Source: Patescibacteria group bacterium (GTDB lineage Bacteria > Patescibacteriota > Patescibacteriia > JAHIZJ01). Taken from it: a stretch of 64,000 nucleotides of DNA. Position 1 is the first letter of the stretch. Every line of letters starts with the position of its first letter. Both the position numbers and the translations under genes were made by a program. Below, piece by piece: positions 40,646 through 50,385 of this stretch. Location of the stretch: NCBI GenBank assembly GCA_041650335.1, contig JBAZLK010000001.1, positions 100,940 to 164,939 on the forward strand, in the 5' to 3' direction. The notes under the pieces are model-generated. The model was not told where the DNA came from, did not search any database, and was given only the letters and a program-made list of their open reading frames with translations.

Positions 40646-41938
40646 ATGGAAAACACCAGAATAAATCAGGTTAATACGAAGGTCGGGAAAACGGTTGTGA
40701 TCCGGGGCTGGGTTAATAATTTCCGTTCATCCGGAAGCATCGTTTTCCTCCAATGCCGCGATGGAAGCGGCCAGATTCAGGCCGTTGTCAGTAAGCAGTC
40801 GGTTTCGCCCGAAGCCTGGGAAATAAGCCAGAAAATGGCGTTGGAAAGCTCAGTTTGCCTGGTCGGCACGGTTCGTGAGGATAAACGCTCAGCCTCGGGA
40901 TATGAGCTCGAGGTCAGCGACCTTTCCGTTTATCAGCTGGCCGAAGAATACCCAATCGCCAAAAAGGAGCACGGACCGGAATTTCTCATGGACCACCGTC
41001 ATTTATGGCTGCGCTCAAGCCGGCAAACGGCCATCTTGCGCATCCGGGACGAGGTCGTCTGGCAATTACGCAAGTTTTTCCATGAGCAGGGTTTTGTCTT
41101 AACCGATTCTCCGGTGCTGACGCCGACCGCCTGTGAAGGCACGACCACGCTGTTTGAAACCAAATATTTCGAGACTAAAGCGTACTTGGCCCAATCCGGC
41201 CAGCTCTACAGCGAGGCGACCGCCGGCGCGCTTGGCCGGGTCTACGATTTCGGACCAACCTTCCGGGCCGAAAAATCGAAAACCCGTCGCCACCTGATGG
41301 AATTCTGGATGCTCGATGCCGAAGCGGCGTTTGTCGAGTTTGAGGAAAATTTGAAAATCCAAGAGGAAATGCTCAGTGCCGTGGTCCAGAACGTGCTCCG
41401 GGAACGGAAAGCCGAACTCGCCCTCTTAGAACGCGACACTGCTATTTTAGAAAAAACGAAACCGCCGTTTCCTCGCCTGACCTATGCCGAGGCCGTTAAG
41501 CGATTGCATCAAGCTGGCGTGGCGATGAAAGCAGGGGATGATTTTGGCGGCGACGAGGAAACGCTGTTATCAAAGCAGTTCGAGCAGCCCGTATTTATCA
41601 CGCACTACCCGACGAAGATCAAAGCGTTTTATATGAAACCCGATCCAGCGGATCCGAAACAGGTGCTGAACGACGATCTCTTGGCGCCGGAGGGGTACGG
41701 TGAGATTATCGGCGGCTCGCAAAGGATCGACGACCTGAAGCTGCTGGAACAGCGGTTGAAGGAACATAAACTGCCGCGGAAGGATTTTGAATGGTATCTC
41801 GATCTCCGACGCTACGGTTCGTTTCCGCATTCGGGCTTCGGTCTCGGCCTGGAACGAACGGTCCGCTGGATTTGCGGGCTTGACCACATCAGGGAAACAA
41901 TTCCGTTTCCGCGCCTCATTAATCGATTACGACCCTAA
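40646..41938 (+). CDS. asnS: Asparaginyl-tRNA synthetase
   Basis: Class IIb motifs FRAEKSKTRRHLMEFWMLDAE and HSGFGLGLER. Confidence 0.85.
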   Translation: MENTRINQVNTKVGKTVVIRGWVNNFRSSGSIVFLQCRDGSGQIQAVVSKQSVSPEAWEISQKMALESSVCLVGTVREDKRSASGYELEVSDLSVYQLAEEYPIAKKEHGPEFLMDHRHLWLRSSRQTAILRIRDEVVWQLRKFFHEQGFVLTDSPVLTPTACEGTTTLFETKYFETKAYLAQSGQLYSEATAGALGRVYDFGPTFRAEKSKTRRHLMEFWMLDAEAAFVEFEENLKIQEEMLSAVVQNVLRERKAELALLERDTAILEKTKPPFPRLTYAEAVKRLHQAGVAMKAGDDFGGDEETLLSKQFEQPVFITHYPTKIKAFYMKPDPADPKQVLNDDLLAPEGYGEIIGGSQRIDDLKLLEQRLKEHKLPRKDFEWYLDLRRYGSFPHSGFGLGLERTVRWICGLDHIRETIPFPRLINRLRP

Positions 41939-41947
41939 ACGATTACC

Positions 41948-43360
41948 ATGACACGCATCACCACAATCGAGACACTCGACCGCATCGGCGAAAAGGCGAC
42001 CGTAGCCGGCTGGGCTGAAACGGTTCGCAAACTCGGAAAAATTTTATTTATCGACCTGCGCGATAAAGACGGACACTTGCAAATCGTTTGCTCGCCGGAG
42101 CAAAGCGCGCTCTATGAAACAGCCAAGAGCATTCGGCCGGAATACGTCATCCGCGTCACCGGCCGGATCGCCAAGCGGTCTGAAAAGAACGTAAACAAAA
42201 AACAGCCAACCGGCGCGATTGAGCTGCAGCCTGAGCAGCTTGAAATATTGAACACCTCACTGACGCCGCCGTTTGAAATCGACAACGAAATCCGGCAGGC
42301 GTCGGAAGAGCTGCGCTTGAAATACCGCTATCTGGATCTGCGGCATGAACGCCTGCGCCATAATTTGCGAGTGCGTTCCGACCTGCTCTGGTTCGTTCGC
42401 AATTGGCTGCATGAGCGCGGCTTTACCGAAATTCAGACGCCGATCCTCTCAAAATCCACGCCGGAAGGGGCGCGCGATTTTCTCGTCCCGTCGCGGCTGC
42501 AAAAAGGGCGATTTTTCGCCCTGCCCCAATCGCCCCAGCAGTACAAGCAGCTTTTGATGGTCGCCGGCGTTGAAAAATATTTCCAGATCGCTCCCTGTTT
42601 CCGGGATGAAGACGCCCGTGCCGATCGCAGTCCGGGCGAGTTCTACCAGCTGGATATCGAGCTGTCGTTCGTCAACCAGGAAGAAATATTGCAGCTGACC
42701 GAGGAAATGTTCACCCAGATGGTGGCGAAGATATTTCCCGGCAAACATGTGACCACGACGCCGTGGCCACGCCTGCGCCACGCTGACGTGATGAAAAAAT
42801 ACGGGACGGACAAACCTGATCTTCGCCAGAACAAAGAGGACAACAACGAACTCGCCTTTGCCTGGGTGATTGATTTCCCGCTGTTTGCTAAACAGACAAA
42901 AGATGATTATTTCTACGGCGCCGGCGACAAACTCGCGCCCTCTCACCACATGTTTACGGCGCCAAGGGAAGAGGATATCCCGCTGCTCGAGACCGCGCCC
43001 GAAAAAGTCCGTGCGTATCAGCACGACCTGGTTCTCAACGGGGTCGAGGTCGGCGGGGGCAGTATCAGGATTCACCGGCCGGAGATTCAAGAAAAAGTGT
43101 TCGACCTGATCGGCTTTACCAAAGACCAGAAGAAATTATTCAAACACCTGATGACCGCGTTTCAATACGGCGTGCCGCCGCACGGCGGGATCGCCCCCGG
43201 TATTGAGCGCTTGCTCTTCGCGATTTTGGGCGAGAAAAGCGTTAAAGAGGTGGCTGCATTTCCACTGACGAGCGAGGGACGCGACCCAATGATGGACTCT
43301 CCGTCGCGGGTTACGCCGGCACAGCTCCGCGATCTCGGCCTGCGGCTTGATAAAAACTAA
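41948..43360 (+). CDS. aspS: Aspartyl-tRNA synthetase, bacterial type but lacking the GAD insertion domain
   Basis: LRLKYRYLDLR, QSPQQYKQLLM and FRDEDARADR motifs; about 120 aa shorter than typical bacterial AspRS. Confidence 0.85.
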   Translation: MTRITTIETLDRIGEKATVAGWAETVRKLGKILFIDLRDKDGHLQIVCSPEQSALYETAKSIRPEYVIRVTGRIAKRSEKNVNKKQPTGAIELQPEQLEILNTSLTPPFEIDNEIRQASEELRLKYRYLDLRHERLRHNLRVRSDLLWFVRNWLHERGFTEIQTPILSKSTPEGARDFLVPSRLQKGRFFALPQSPQQYKQLLMVAGVEKYFQIAPCFRDEDARADRSPGEFYQLDIELSFVNQEEILQLTEEMFTQMVAKIFPGKHVTTTPWPRLRHADVMKKYGTDKPDLRQNKEDNNELAFAWVIDFPLFAKQTKDDYFYGAGDKLAPSHHMFTAPREEDIPLLETAPEKVRAYQHDLVLNGVEVGGGSIRIHRPEIQEKVFDLIGFTKDQKKLFKHLMTAFQYGVPPHGGIAPGIERLLFAILGEKSVKEVAAFPLTSEGRDPMMDSPSRVTPAQLRDLGLRLDKN

Positions 43361-43361
43361 T

Positions 43362-43685
43362 ATGCGCCTGTCACCGCTCCAAAAATATATTTTGCTCGAA
43401 GTCTACACCAGCCGAGTGCAGCTTTTTCCGCGGTCGGTGATTACGAAATACTATTTTTCTCAGACCCGACCGCCGAAACTTGAGGATATGCAAAACATCG
43501 TGACGAAGAGCCTCGAACGCTTGATCGATAAAGAGCTGCTGACCGGCTACGGCCATCGAACGCCGCATAAATGGTTTATCAGCGAGGTGAAGCTCACGCC
43601 TTTGGGTCGCCGAACGGCCAAGCGGCTCCAAGGCGAACAGCAGACCCTGCCGTTACGGCTCGGGAAAAGAAAGGCTAACCATTAA
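43362..43685 (+). CDS. Hypothetical small basic protein (possible winged-helix fold)
   Basis: ORF that begins immediately after the aspS stop; no family recognised. Confidence 0.35.
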   Translation: MRLSPLQKYILLEVYTSRVQLFPRSVITKYYFSQTRPPKLEDMQNIVTKSLERLIDKELLTGYGHRTPHKWFISEVKLTPLGRRTAKRLQGEQQTLPLRLGKRKANH

Positions 43686-43697
43686 ATATCGAAAACC

Positions 43698-44168
43698 ATG
43701 AAACCACCGCAAAAAGTGCTGTCTTACCTAGACAAAAATAAAATGAAATACACACTGGTCGAACATAAAACCGTCTACACGGCCTATGATGTCGCCCAAA
43801 CCTTGAAAATGAAGCTTCAGGAAATCGTTAAAACGCTGCTCGTCAAGGTTGACGGAAAGCTTGCCCTGGCCGTTCTGCCGGCCTCAGCCCGGCTGGATCT
43901 GAAAAAGCTGAAAGTTTTGGCGAAAGCGAAAAAAGTCGAATTGCCCAAAGAAAACGTCATGAAAACCAAGCTCAGCATCATTCCAGGCGCGCTCACCCCG
44001 TTCGGCCCGTTGTATAAACTCCCCGCGTATCTCGATAAAAACCTGCTCAAACAGAAAGCCGTACTGGTCGGTTCGGGCAGCTTCGAGTTCTCACTGAAAA
44101 TGAGCCCGAGCGTCTTAGTGAAGGCGACGCAACCAATTACTGGCGCTTTTTCGGCGAAGAAAAAATAA
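43698..44168 (+). CDS. YbaK/ProX-like aminoacyl-tRNA deacylase (trans-editing) domain protein
   Basis: IIPGALTPFGP region and overall size fit the YbaK family. Confidence 0.55.
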   Translation: MKPPQKVLSYLDKNKMKYTLVEHKTVYTAYDVAQTLKMKLQEIVKTLLVKVDGKLALAVLPASARLDLKKLKVLAKAKKVELPKENVMKTKLSIIPGALTPFGPLYKLPAYLDKNLLKQKAVLVGSGSFEFSLKMSPSVLVKATQPITGAFSAKKK

Positions 44169-44185
44169 TTTCGTCTATCGTCCGC

Positions 44186-44896
44186 ATGTATCAGATCAAG
44201 CTAGAGCAATTTGAAGGTCCGCTCGACCTCCTCCTCAGACTGATTGAGGAGGAGAAGCTTGATATAACGACCGTTTCACTCGCGAAAGTCACTGATCAGT
44301 ATCTGTCGTATATCGAGACCATGGAAGAGGTGCGGACAGAGGAGTTGGCGGATTTCTTGGTCGTGGCGGCCAAACTCCTGCTGATCAAGTCAAAAACGCT
44401 TTTGCCGTTCCTCCAGCCTGAGGCGGAAGAAATCGATCTGGAAAAGCAACTCCGGATCTATAAAGAGTATCTCGAGGCGTCAAAGCAGGTCCAGGCGTTG
44501 ATTCGGCGGAAGCGCTACCTTTACCCGCGGGAGATGAGCCGGTCGATGCTGGAGCCGATTTTTAATCCGCCACCGCAGCTCGACGCGCCCGGACTGCAGC
44601 GCATCATGCTCGAGGTCCTGCGAAAGATCGAGCCGATCGTCAGCTTGCCGGAAGAGGTAATTGAACGGACCGTATCGATTCAACAAAAAATTGATCAGAT
44701 CCGGACACTCATCATTCAGCAAGAGACGACCAGCTTCCAGGCGCTGCTCAATACCGCCGGTACAAAAACCGAAGTGATTGTTACGTTCTTAGCGCTCCTC
44801 GAGCTTATCAAACAGGAGAATATTGTTGTTGTTCAACAGAGCGTTTTTGACGATATTACAATTAAGACATACGAAACGAATGTCATTGAAGAATAA
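44186..44896 (+). CDS. scpA: Segregation and condensation protein A
   Basis: FEGPLDLLLRLIEEEKLDI N-terminus. Confidence 0.8.
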   Translation: MYQIKLEQFEGPLDLLLRLIEEEKLDITTVSLAKVTDQYLSYIETMEEVRTEELADFLVVAAKLLLIKSKTLLPFLQPEAEEIDLEKQLRIYKEYLEASKQVQALIRRKRYLYPREMSRSMLEPIFNPPPQLDAPGLQRIMLEVLRKIEPIVSLPEEVIERTVSIQQKIDQIRTLIIQQETTSFQALLNTAGTKTEVIVTFLALLELIKQENIVVVQQSVFDDITIKTYETNVIEE

Positions 44897-45434
44897 AATC
44901 GAGAGCCTTCTCTTTGTGGCAACAAAACCACTGGCGCCGAAGAAACTCGTCGAGCTGACGGGTGGGACCGAAGAAGATGTCCAAAACGCTTTGGCTGAAA
45001 TCCGTGGGCAATATAACGCCCAGGCGCAAGGCATTCAGTTGGTCAGCCACAATGGCAAGGTTCAGCTGATGACGAATCCGGAAAACAGGAAAATCGTCGA
45101 AGCCTATTTGAAAGAGGAGCAGTTTAGCGAATTAACCAAGCCCGGTCTCGAAACGCTGACTATCATTGCCTATCGCGGGCCGATCACCAAGCCAGAGCTG
45201 GAGCAGATTCGGGGCGTGAATTGCAGCTTGATCCTGAGAAACCTGATGATAAAAGGCCTGGTCGAGGCGCAGGATGATCAGGAAAAAATGCAAACTAACT
45301 ATGCGGTCACGTTTGATTTTATCCGGTATCTCGGCCTGCGCGAAATCTCCGAGCTGCCTGAGTATGAAAAGCTGTCACGGCACGAAAACATCGAAAAGAT
45401 ATTAGCTTTAACAAATCAACCGAGCGAAGAATAA
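44880..45434 (+). CDS. scpB: Segregation and condensation protein B
   Basis: ESLLFVATKPL winged-helix repeats; start at MSLKNK (track ORF starts at 44823). Confidence 0.8.
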   Translation: MSLKNKIESLLFVATKPLAPKKLVELTGGTEEDVQNALAEIRGQYNAQAQGIQLVSHNGKVQLMTNPENRKIVEAYLKEEQFSELTKPGLETLTIIAYRGPITKPELEQIRGVNCSLILRNLMIKGLVEAQDDQEKMQTNYAVTFDFIRYLGLREISELPEYEKLSRHENIEKILALTNQPSEE

Positions 45435-46367
45435 ATGCTGCCCTCGCTATTGATCAGCGCGTTTATCATCACCCAGGTCGTGCCACCCGCTTTTTTAATA
45501 AAGCCGTTGACGTTAGATTTCGCGAATGCCGACCAGCCGACGATCGCGATTGCCGAAGAATACCCCTCGCATATTTATCCTGGCAAAAAACCGCAGAAAA
45601 TTTCTCCCAGCCTCGGCATTGATACGACCGGCGCCTCAGCGGTGGTATTTGATCCGATCGGCGGCCAGCAGCTTTTTCGTAAGAACCCAAACACGGTCCG
45701 ATCCATTGCCAGCCTGACAAAGCTGATGACCGTGCTCGTGTTTCTCGATCACAATCCGGGTTTCGGCCAAGAGGTCGAGATCACCGAAGCAGATCAAATC
45801 GCTGAAGGCAGTATTGGCTTGGAGGTAGGGGATAAAGTGATCGTCCGCGATCTTTTTTACGCCAGCCTAGTGAATTCAGCTAACAACGCCACCCAAGCCT
45901 TAGCTCGATCGACCGGGATGTCACGGGAGGTTTTCGTCGCGGCCATGAACCAGCGAGCCAAAGACATGGGCTTGAGCAACACCCATTTTGTCGACGTTAC
46001 CGGGCTTGATCCCGGAAATGTCTCGACTGCCAGCGAGGTCGCTCGCATGGCTGATTTTGCTTTTCGGAACGCTGAAATTTCGCAGGCGACCACGCTGCCG
46101 AATCATGAATTCACGACCTTGAACACTAATCGCACGATCCGTTTTAATAATACGAACAAACTGCTTGAATCATTCCTTCATCTGTCCGGCGGCAAAACCG
46201 GGTATACCGAAGAAGCAGGGTATTGTCTGGCGATCCGGACGGATGACGGACAAGGGCACGATATTGTTGTAGTTGATCTCGGCACCGCCGGTCCGGATGA
46301 ACGTTTTCAGGAAGTGAAGGGGTTGATCAGCTGGACGTTTGAGAATTGGCGCTGGCCAGCGGATTAA
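45435..46367 (+). CDS. D-alanyl-D-alanine carboxypeptidase (S11, PBP5/6-like)
   Basis: SIASLTK (SxxK), SANN (SxN) and KTGYT (KTG) motifs; N-terminal anchor. Confidence 0.8.
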   Translation: MLPSLLISAFIITQVVPPAFLIKPLTLDFANADQPTIAIAEEYPSHIYPGKKPQKISPSLGIDTTGASAVVFDPIGGQQLFRKNPNTVRSIASLTKLMTVLVFLDHNPGFGQEVEITEADQIAEGSIGLEVGDKVIVRDLFYASLVNSANNATQALARSTGMSREVFVAAMNQRAKDMGLSNTHFVDVTGLDPGNVSTASEVARMADFAFRNAEISQATTLPNHEFTTLNTNRTIRFNNTNKLLESFLHLSGGKTGYTEEAGYCLAIRTDDGQGHDIVVVDLGTAGPDERFQEVKGLISWTFENWRWPAD

Positions 46368-46409
46368 TAAGATCATCAAAATATGGTATTGTTGAAGGGA
46401 AGAAAAGCC

Positions 46410-47174
46410 ATGAAGACAAAACCGCTTATCGTTGCAAATTGGAAGATGAACCTCTTGCCAAGCCAGGAGGCAGATTTGGCGAAGAAATATGCCCAAGCAT
46501 TCGCACGACTGGCGAAAAAGGTTGAAATTATCATCTGTCCAACCCATACGGGTTTAGCGGGCGTCGCTGAACAGCTGCGCGGCTCTGCGCTGGTATTAGG
46601 TGCCCAGGACGTATCAGGGGAGATGGTCGGCGCCTTCACCGGCGAAGTCTCGGCTGCCATGCTGAAAGAACTTGGGGTAACCCACTGCATTGTCGGGCAC
46701 TCGGAACGACGCCAGCGCGTCCATGAAACCGATGAAATGGTCAACGCAAAAACGCGGGCCGTGTTGGTCGAGGGGATGATACCGATTGTCTGTGTCGGTG
46801 AATCATATGAGGAGCGGCTAAACGGCCAGAAAGAAGTCATGGTTCTACAACGGCTGACTGCAGCCATGAAAAACGTATCCGGGGAGCGGCCGGTTGTCAT
46901 TACCTACGAGCCGATCTGGGCGATCAGTCCGGGCGGGCCAGCCTCGCCGGCTGAAGTTGAGCCGATGGTCTCGCTCATCCGGCAAACCCTGCGCGATTTG
47001 TTTCCCGCTGAACTCGTTGAGAAAAACTTCCGGATTATTTATGGCGGGAGCGTTGAGGGCGACAATGTCAAGGATTTCCTCGGCCTGGATCATGTCGAAG
47101 GCGCGCTGGTCGGCGCGGCCAGCCTCCTGACCGCTCGATTTACAAAAATCATCCAATCAGCCTCTAAATTATAA
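46410..47174 (+). CDS. tpiA: Triosephosphate isomerase
   Basis: PLIVANWKMN and catalytic motifs; preceded by a TGGTATTGT -10 box. Confidence 0.9.
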   Translation: MKTKPLIVANWKMNLLPSQEADLAKKYAQAFARLAKKVEIIICPTHTGLAGVAEQLRGSALVLGAQDVSGEMVGAFTGEVSAAMLKELGVTHCIVGHSERRQRVHETDEMVNAKTRAVLVEGMIPIVCVGESYEERLNGQKEVMVLQRLTAAMKNVSGERPVVITYEPIWAISPGGPASPAEVEPMVSLIRQTLRDLFPAELVEKNFRIIYGGSVEGDNVKDFLGLDHVEGALVGAASLLTARFTKIIQSASKL

Positions 47175-47177
47175 GCC

Positions 47178-48032
47178 ATGCTCGTCAAAACAAGTTATCT
47201 TATTCAGAAGGCTCAGAAAGAGGGATATGCCGTCGGGTGCTTTGTTGTCTATAATCTCGAAACAGCGCTGGGCGTCGCCCTGGCCGCGGTCGAATCGCGG
47301 TCGCCGGTGATCATCGCCGTATCCGAATTCACCATTTCATTTCTCGGTCTCGAGACGATCAGCCAGGTAATCATGAGTCTGGCCAAGCATCAGGCGGTGA
47401 GTGTGCCGATCGCGCTGCATCTCGATCATGGCCGCAGTTATGAGTCGGCCAAGGCCTGTCTGGACGAAGGTTTTTCTTCGGTCCAGATTGACGGTTCGCA
47501 CCTGCCGTTCGAGGAAAACATTGCGCTGACGCAGAGAGTTGTTGAATACGGCCACCTGAAAAAAGTCTGGGTTGAGGGAGAGCTCGGGGCGATCTACGGG
47601 GGCCACGGCCAAACCGGTGAGTACAAAGGCGAAATCCCCTTGGTCAAGCCAAGCGAAGTGAGCGAATTTGTTGAGCAAACGAACGTCGACTTGCTGGCCG
47701 CTGCTCTCGGGACAGTCCATGGAAAGTTTTCGAACGAACGGATCCACTTTGACCTGCTGACACAATTACAGAAAATTACTAAAACGCCGCTGGTGCTACA
47801 CGGTGCTTCCGGCCTGCCCGACGAAGAAATCACGCGAGCCGTCAAGGCGGGTATTGCGAAAGTAAACATCGGCACTGAGACGAAAAGACTGTTTATCGAT
47901 TCGATACGCGAGACGCTTCAGAAAAATCCCAGTTTAGAGGGTCCGCGTGAACTCATGAAACCGACGATCGAAGCGACAAAAAACATGGTCATGCAAAAAT
48001 TCCGGGTGCTCGGCTCAGCTAACAAAATCTAA
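47178..48032 (+). CDS. fba: Class II fructose-bisphosphate aldolase
   Basis: LHLDHG metal-binding motif. Confidence 0.9.
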   Translation: MLVKTSYLIQKAQKEGYAVGCFVVYNLETALGVALAAVESRSPVIIAVSEFTISFLGLETISQVIMSLAKHQAVSVPIALHLDHGRSYESAKACLDEGFSSVQIDGSHLPFEENIALTQRVVEYGHLKKVWVEGELGAIYGGHGQTGEYKGEIPLVKPSEVSEFVEQTNVDLLAAALGTVHGKFSNERIHFDLLTQLQKITKTPLVLHGASGLPDEEITRAVKAGIAKVNIGTETKRLFIDSIRETLQKNPSLEGPRELMKPTIEATKNMVMQKFRVLGSANKI

Positions 48033-48038
48033 CAAACA

Positions 48039-48548
48039 ATGAAGAAGATCGGCGGGTTTACACTAATAGAGCTCCTCGTCGTTATCGCGATTATTGGTTT
48101 GATTTCGAGTATGTCATTGATTGTCCTCCGGGGTAAAGTAATGGCGGCGCGTGATGCAAAACGACGAGCGGATATGGCAACACTCCAGACTGCGCTAGAG
48201 TTGTATTATATGGATCATCAGTATTATCCGGGAAACAACGGTTGCTCCCAGCTTCCCAGCGGGCATTGGGTTTGCATTGTGGACAGCGCCGCTGAAGACG
48301 GATGGTTTGTGCCAAATCTTTCTGCATACATGACTCCGACGCCGCCGCAAGATCCTGGCCATCACAAAAATCCCGACTGGAACATGTATGGCTACGCGCC
48401 GAACCTATTCATAAATGGCAGGAGCCACGCCTACGTCATCTTTTTCAATCTTGAAGGCAGCCCACAAGAAGACCTATGTAATATCGGAAATTTCAAGCTA
48501 ACCGGGGACATGGAGCCGACCGTCTGGTCAACGCGCTGTTCTAACTAA
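48039..48548 (+). CDS. Type IV major-pilin-like protein (prepilin N-methylation motif)
   Basis: GGFTLIELLVVIAIIGL; C-terminal Cys pair. Confidence 0.7.
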   Translation: MKKIGGFTLIELLVVIAIIGLISSMSLIVLRGKVMAARDAKRRADMATLQTALELYYMDHQYYPGNNGCSQLPSGHWVCIVDSAAEDGWFVPNLSAYMTPTPPQDPGHHKNPDWNMYGYAPNLFINGRSHAYVIFFNLEGSPQEDLCNIGNFKLTGDMEPTVWSTRCSN

Positions 48549-49087
48549 TGTATATGAGGTGGAATCTAAATAACAAAGGGTTTACCCTAATCGAATTACT
48601 GGCTGTGATTGCAATCATCGGTCTTATCTCGACGATGACTTTGGTAGTTCTTCGGGGCAAAGTTTTAGCCGCGCGCGATGCCAAACGACGGGCTGATATT
48701 GCCACCCTCCAGACGGCTATTGCCGTTTTCCATTTTGACAGAGATATTTATCCTCCGCCGACTATCCAGGGTGGGCCGGACGATTGTACGCTAAACTTTA
48801 TAAATAATCACAACTTGTTTTTATGCGCAGTTAATGAAGAGTCGTGGTTTGTTCCAAATCTGTCAAATTATATGACGCCCTCGCCGCCAGAAGACCCCGG
48901 ACATCATGTCCGTCCCAGCTACGACGGTTATCGGTATATTCCCGATGCCTATGATCAAAATGGCAAATACCATGGCTATGTCGTATTTTTCATGCTTGAG
49001 CAGGAGCCTCAAGAAGATCGATGCAATATGGGTCCGATGAACTTCGGGGATGGCGCCGCAGTGTGGTCAACACGCTGTCCAGATTAG
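48548..49087 (+). CDS. Type IV pilin-like paralog of the preceding gene
   Basis: KGFTLIELLAVIAIIGL. The two proteins share the AARDAKRRAD and WFVPNLS..YMTP.PP.DPGHH blocks and end in ..VWSTRC.. Confidence 0.65.
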   Translation: MYMRWNLNNKGFTLIELLAVIAIIGLISTMTLVVLRGKVLAARDAKRRADIATLQTAIAVFHFDRDIYPPPTIQGGPDDCTLNFINNHNLFLCAVNEESWFVPNLSNYMTPSPPEDPGHHVRPSYDGYRYIPDAYDQNGKYHGYVVFFMLEQEPQEDRCNMGPMNFGDGAAVWSTRCPD

Positions 49088-49118
49088 CCATCATGAATAA
49101 TTATTTATATCAATATAC

Positions 49119-50147
49119 ATGAAAAACGCGAACAAAATCCGGGTGGCCATCAACGGTTTCGGCCGGATCGGACGGACAACATTTAAACACTTACTTGATA
49201 AAGCCAGCGTTGAGGTGGTGGCGATCAACGACCTGACTGACCCGGCTACCCTGGCCCATCTATTGGCCCACGACACCAGTTATCGGCAATATAAACGCAC
49301 GGTCAAAGGACGCAAAGACGCGCTCGTGGTCGACGGGAAAGCCTATAAGGTTCTGGCGGTGAAAGAACCGAACAAGCTTCCCTGGAAAAAACTCCGCGTC
49401 GATGTTGTGCTTGAATGCACCGGTCGTTTTACGACCAAGGCAGAAGCCGGGCTTCATCTCAAAGCCGGCGCCAAGCAAGTGATCATTTCTGCGCCGGCCA
49501 AGGGCGGAGGCGTGCCGACCCTACTGCTGGGCGTAAATGCAAACACGTATAAGGGTGAGCCGGTCATTAACATGGGCTCGTGCACGACCAATTGCATCGC
49601 GCCGGTCGTTCAGATCATCCACGAGAAATTCGGCGTCAAGAAATCGATGATGACCACCGTCCATTCGTATACGGCCGACCAAAATCTGCAAGACGGTCCG
49701 CATAAGGATCTCCGACGGGCGCGCGGGGCAGCCGAGAATATCGTGCCGACCACGACCGGGGCGGCCATCGCCGTCACCGAGGCAATTCCTGAATTGAAAA
49801 ATCGGTTTGACGGTCTGTCAATCCGGGTCCCAACACCGGTGGTGTCGGTGTCCGATTTCACGATTCTGCTCAAACGCAAAGCCACGGCTGAGGAAATCAA
49901 CCGAGCGCTGATCCGGGCAGCCGGCAGCCCCCGCTACAAAGACATTCTCGGCGTTTCGTCAGAACCGTTGGTATCATCGGACTATATCGGTAATGAATTT
50001 TCAGGCATTGTTGATTTGGCGCTCACCAAAGTCATTGACGGCGATCTGGCGAAGGTAATTGCTTGGTATGACAACGAGTGGGCCTATTCATTGCGCTTAG
50101 CCGAGATGTCGGTCTATATTGGCAAAAAGATAAAAGCCAGAAAATAA
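49119..50147 (+). CDS. gap: Glyceraldehyde-3-phosphate dehydrogenase
   Basis: INGFGRIGR and SCTTNCIAP motifs. Confidence 0.95.
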   Translation: MKNANKIRVAINGFGRIGRTTFKHLLDKASVEVVAINDLTDPATLAHLLAHDTSYRQYKRTVKGRKDALVVDGKAYKVLAVKEPNKLPWKKLRVDVVLECTGRFTTKAEAGLHLKAGAKQVIISAPAKGGGVPTLLLGVNANTYKGEPVINMGSCTTNCIAPVVQIIHEKFGVKKSMMTTVHSYTADQNLQDGPHKDLRRARGAAENIVPTTTGAAIAVTEAIPELKNRFDGLSIRVPTPVVSVSDFTILLKRKATAEEINRALIRAAGSPRYKDILGVSSEPLVSSDYIGNEFSGIVDLALTKVIDGDLAKVIAWYDNEWAYSLRLAEMSVYIGKKIKARK

Positions 50148-50162
50148 ACGATACAGTCGAAT

Positions 50163-50200
50163 AACCGTAGGTTGGCAGGACAATCGCCGTCTACGGTTTT
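50163..50200 (+). terminator. Hairpin AACCGTAG-N22-CTACGGTT followed by TTTT, after gap
   Basis: Perfect 8-bp inverted repeat followed by a T-run. Confidence 0.45.
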
Positions 50201-50251
50201 CGATTGACGTATTCAGTTATTTTTCGTACACTTTTAACGTTATATATAAAT

Positions 50252-50295
50252 GCGCCGCTATCGTCTAGTGGCTAGGACGCCAGGTTCTTCCTCGT
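50252..50295 (+). repeat. Degenerate 5'-half copy of tRNA-Glu: diverged acceptor, identical D-arm (21 of 21), diverged anticodon arm, no T-arm
   Basis: ATCGTCTAGTGGCTAGGACGC is repeated exactly 48 nt upstream of the same segment in the intact tRNA. Confidence 0.6.
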
Positions 50296-50370
50296 GGCCC
50301 CATCGTCTAGTGGCTAGGACGCATGGTTCTCATCCATGTAACAGGGGTTCGACTCCCCTTGGGGCTACCA
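50296..50370 (+). tRNA. tRNA-Glu (anticodon CTC), CCA encoded
   Basis: Manual cloverleaf: GGCCCCA, TCGTCTAGTGGCTAGGACG, CATGG-TTCTCAT-CCATG, AGGGG-TTCGACT-CCCCT, TGGGGCT-A-CCA. Confidence 0.85.
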
Positions 50371-50385
50371 GCCGTTTAAATTTAT

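Noticed and set aside
50252-50295. Possibility that the upstream Glu-like segment is a complete second tRNA
   Set aside because: No T-arm (GTTCRANYC) and no complementary 3' acceptor strand can be found. Only the D-arm is intact.
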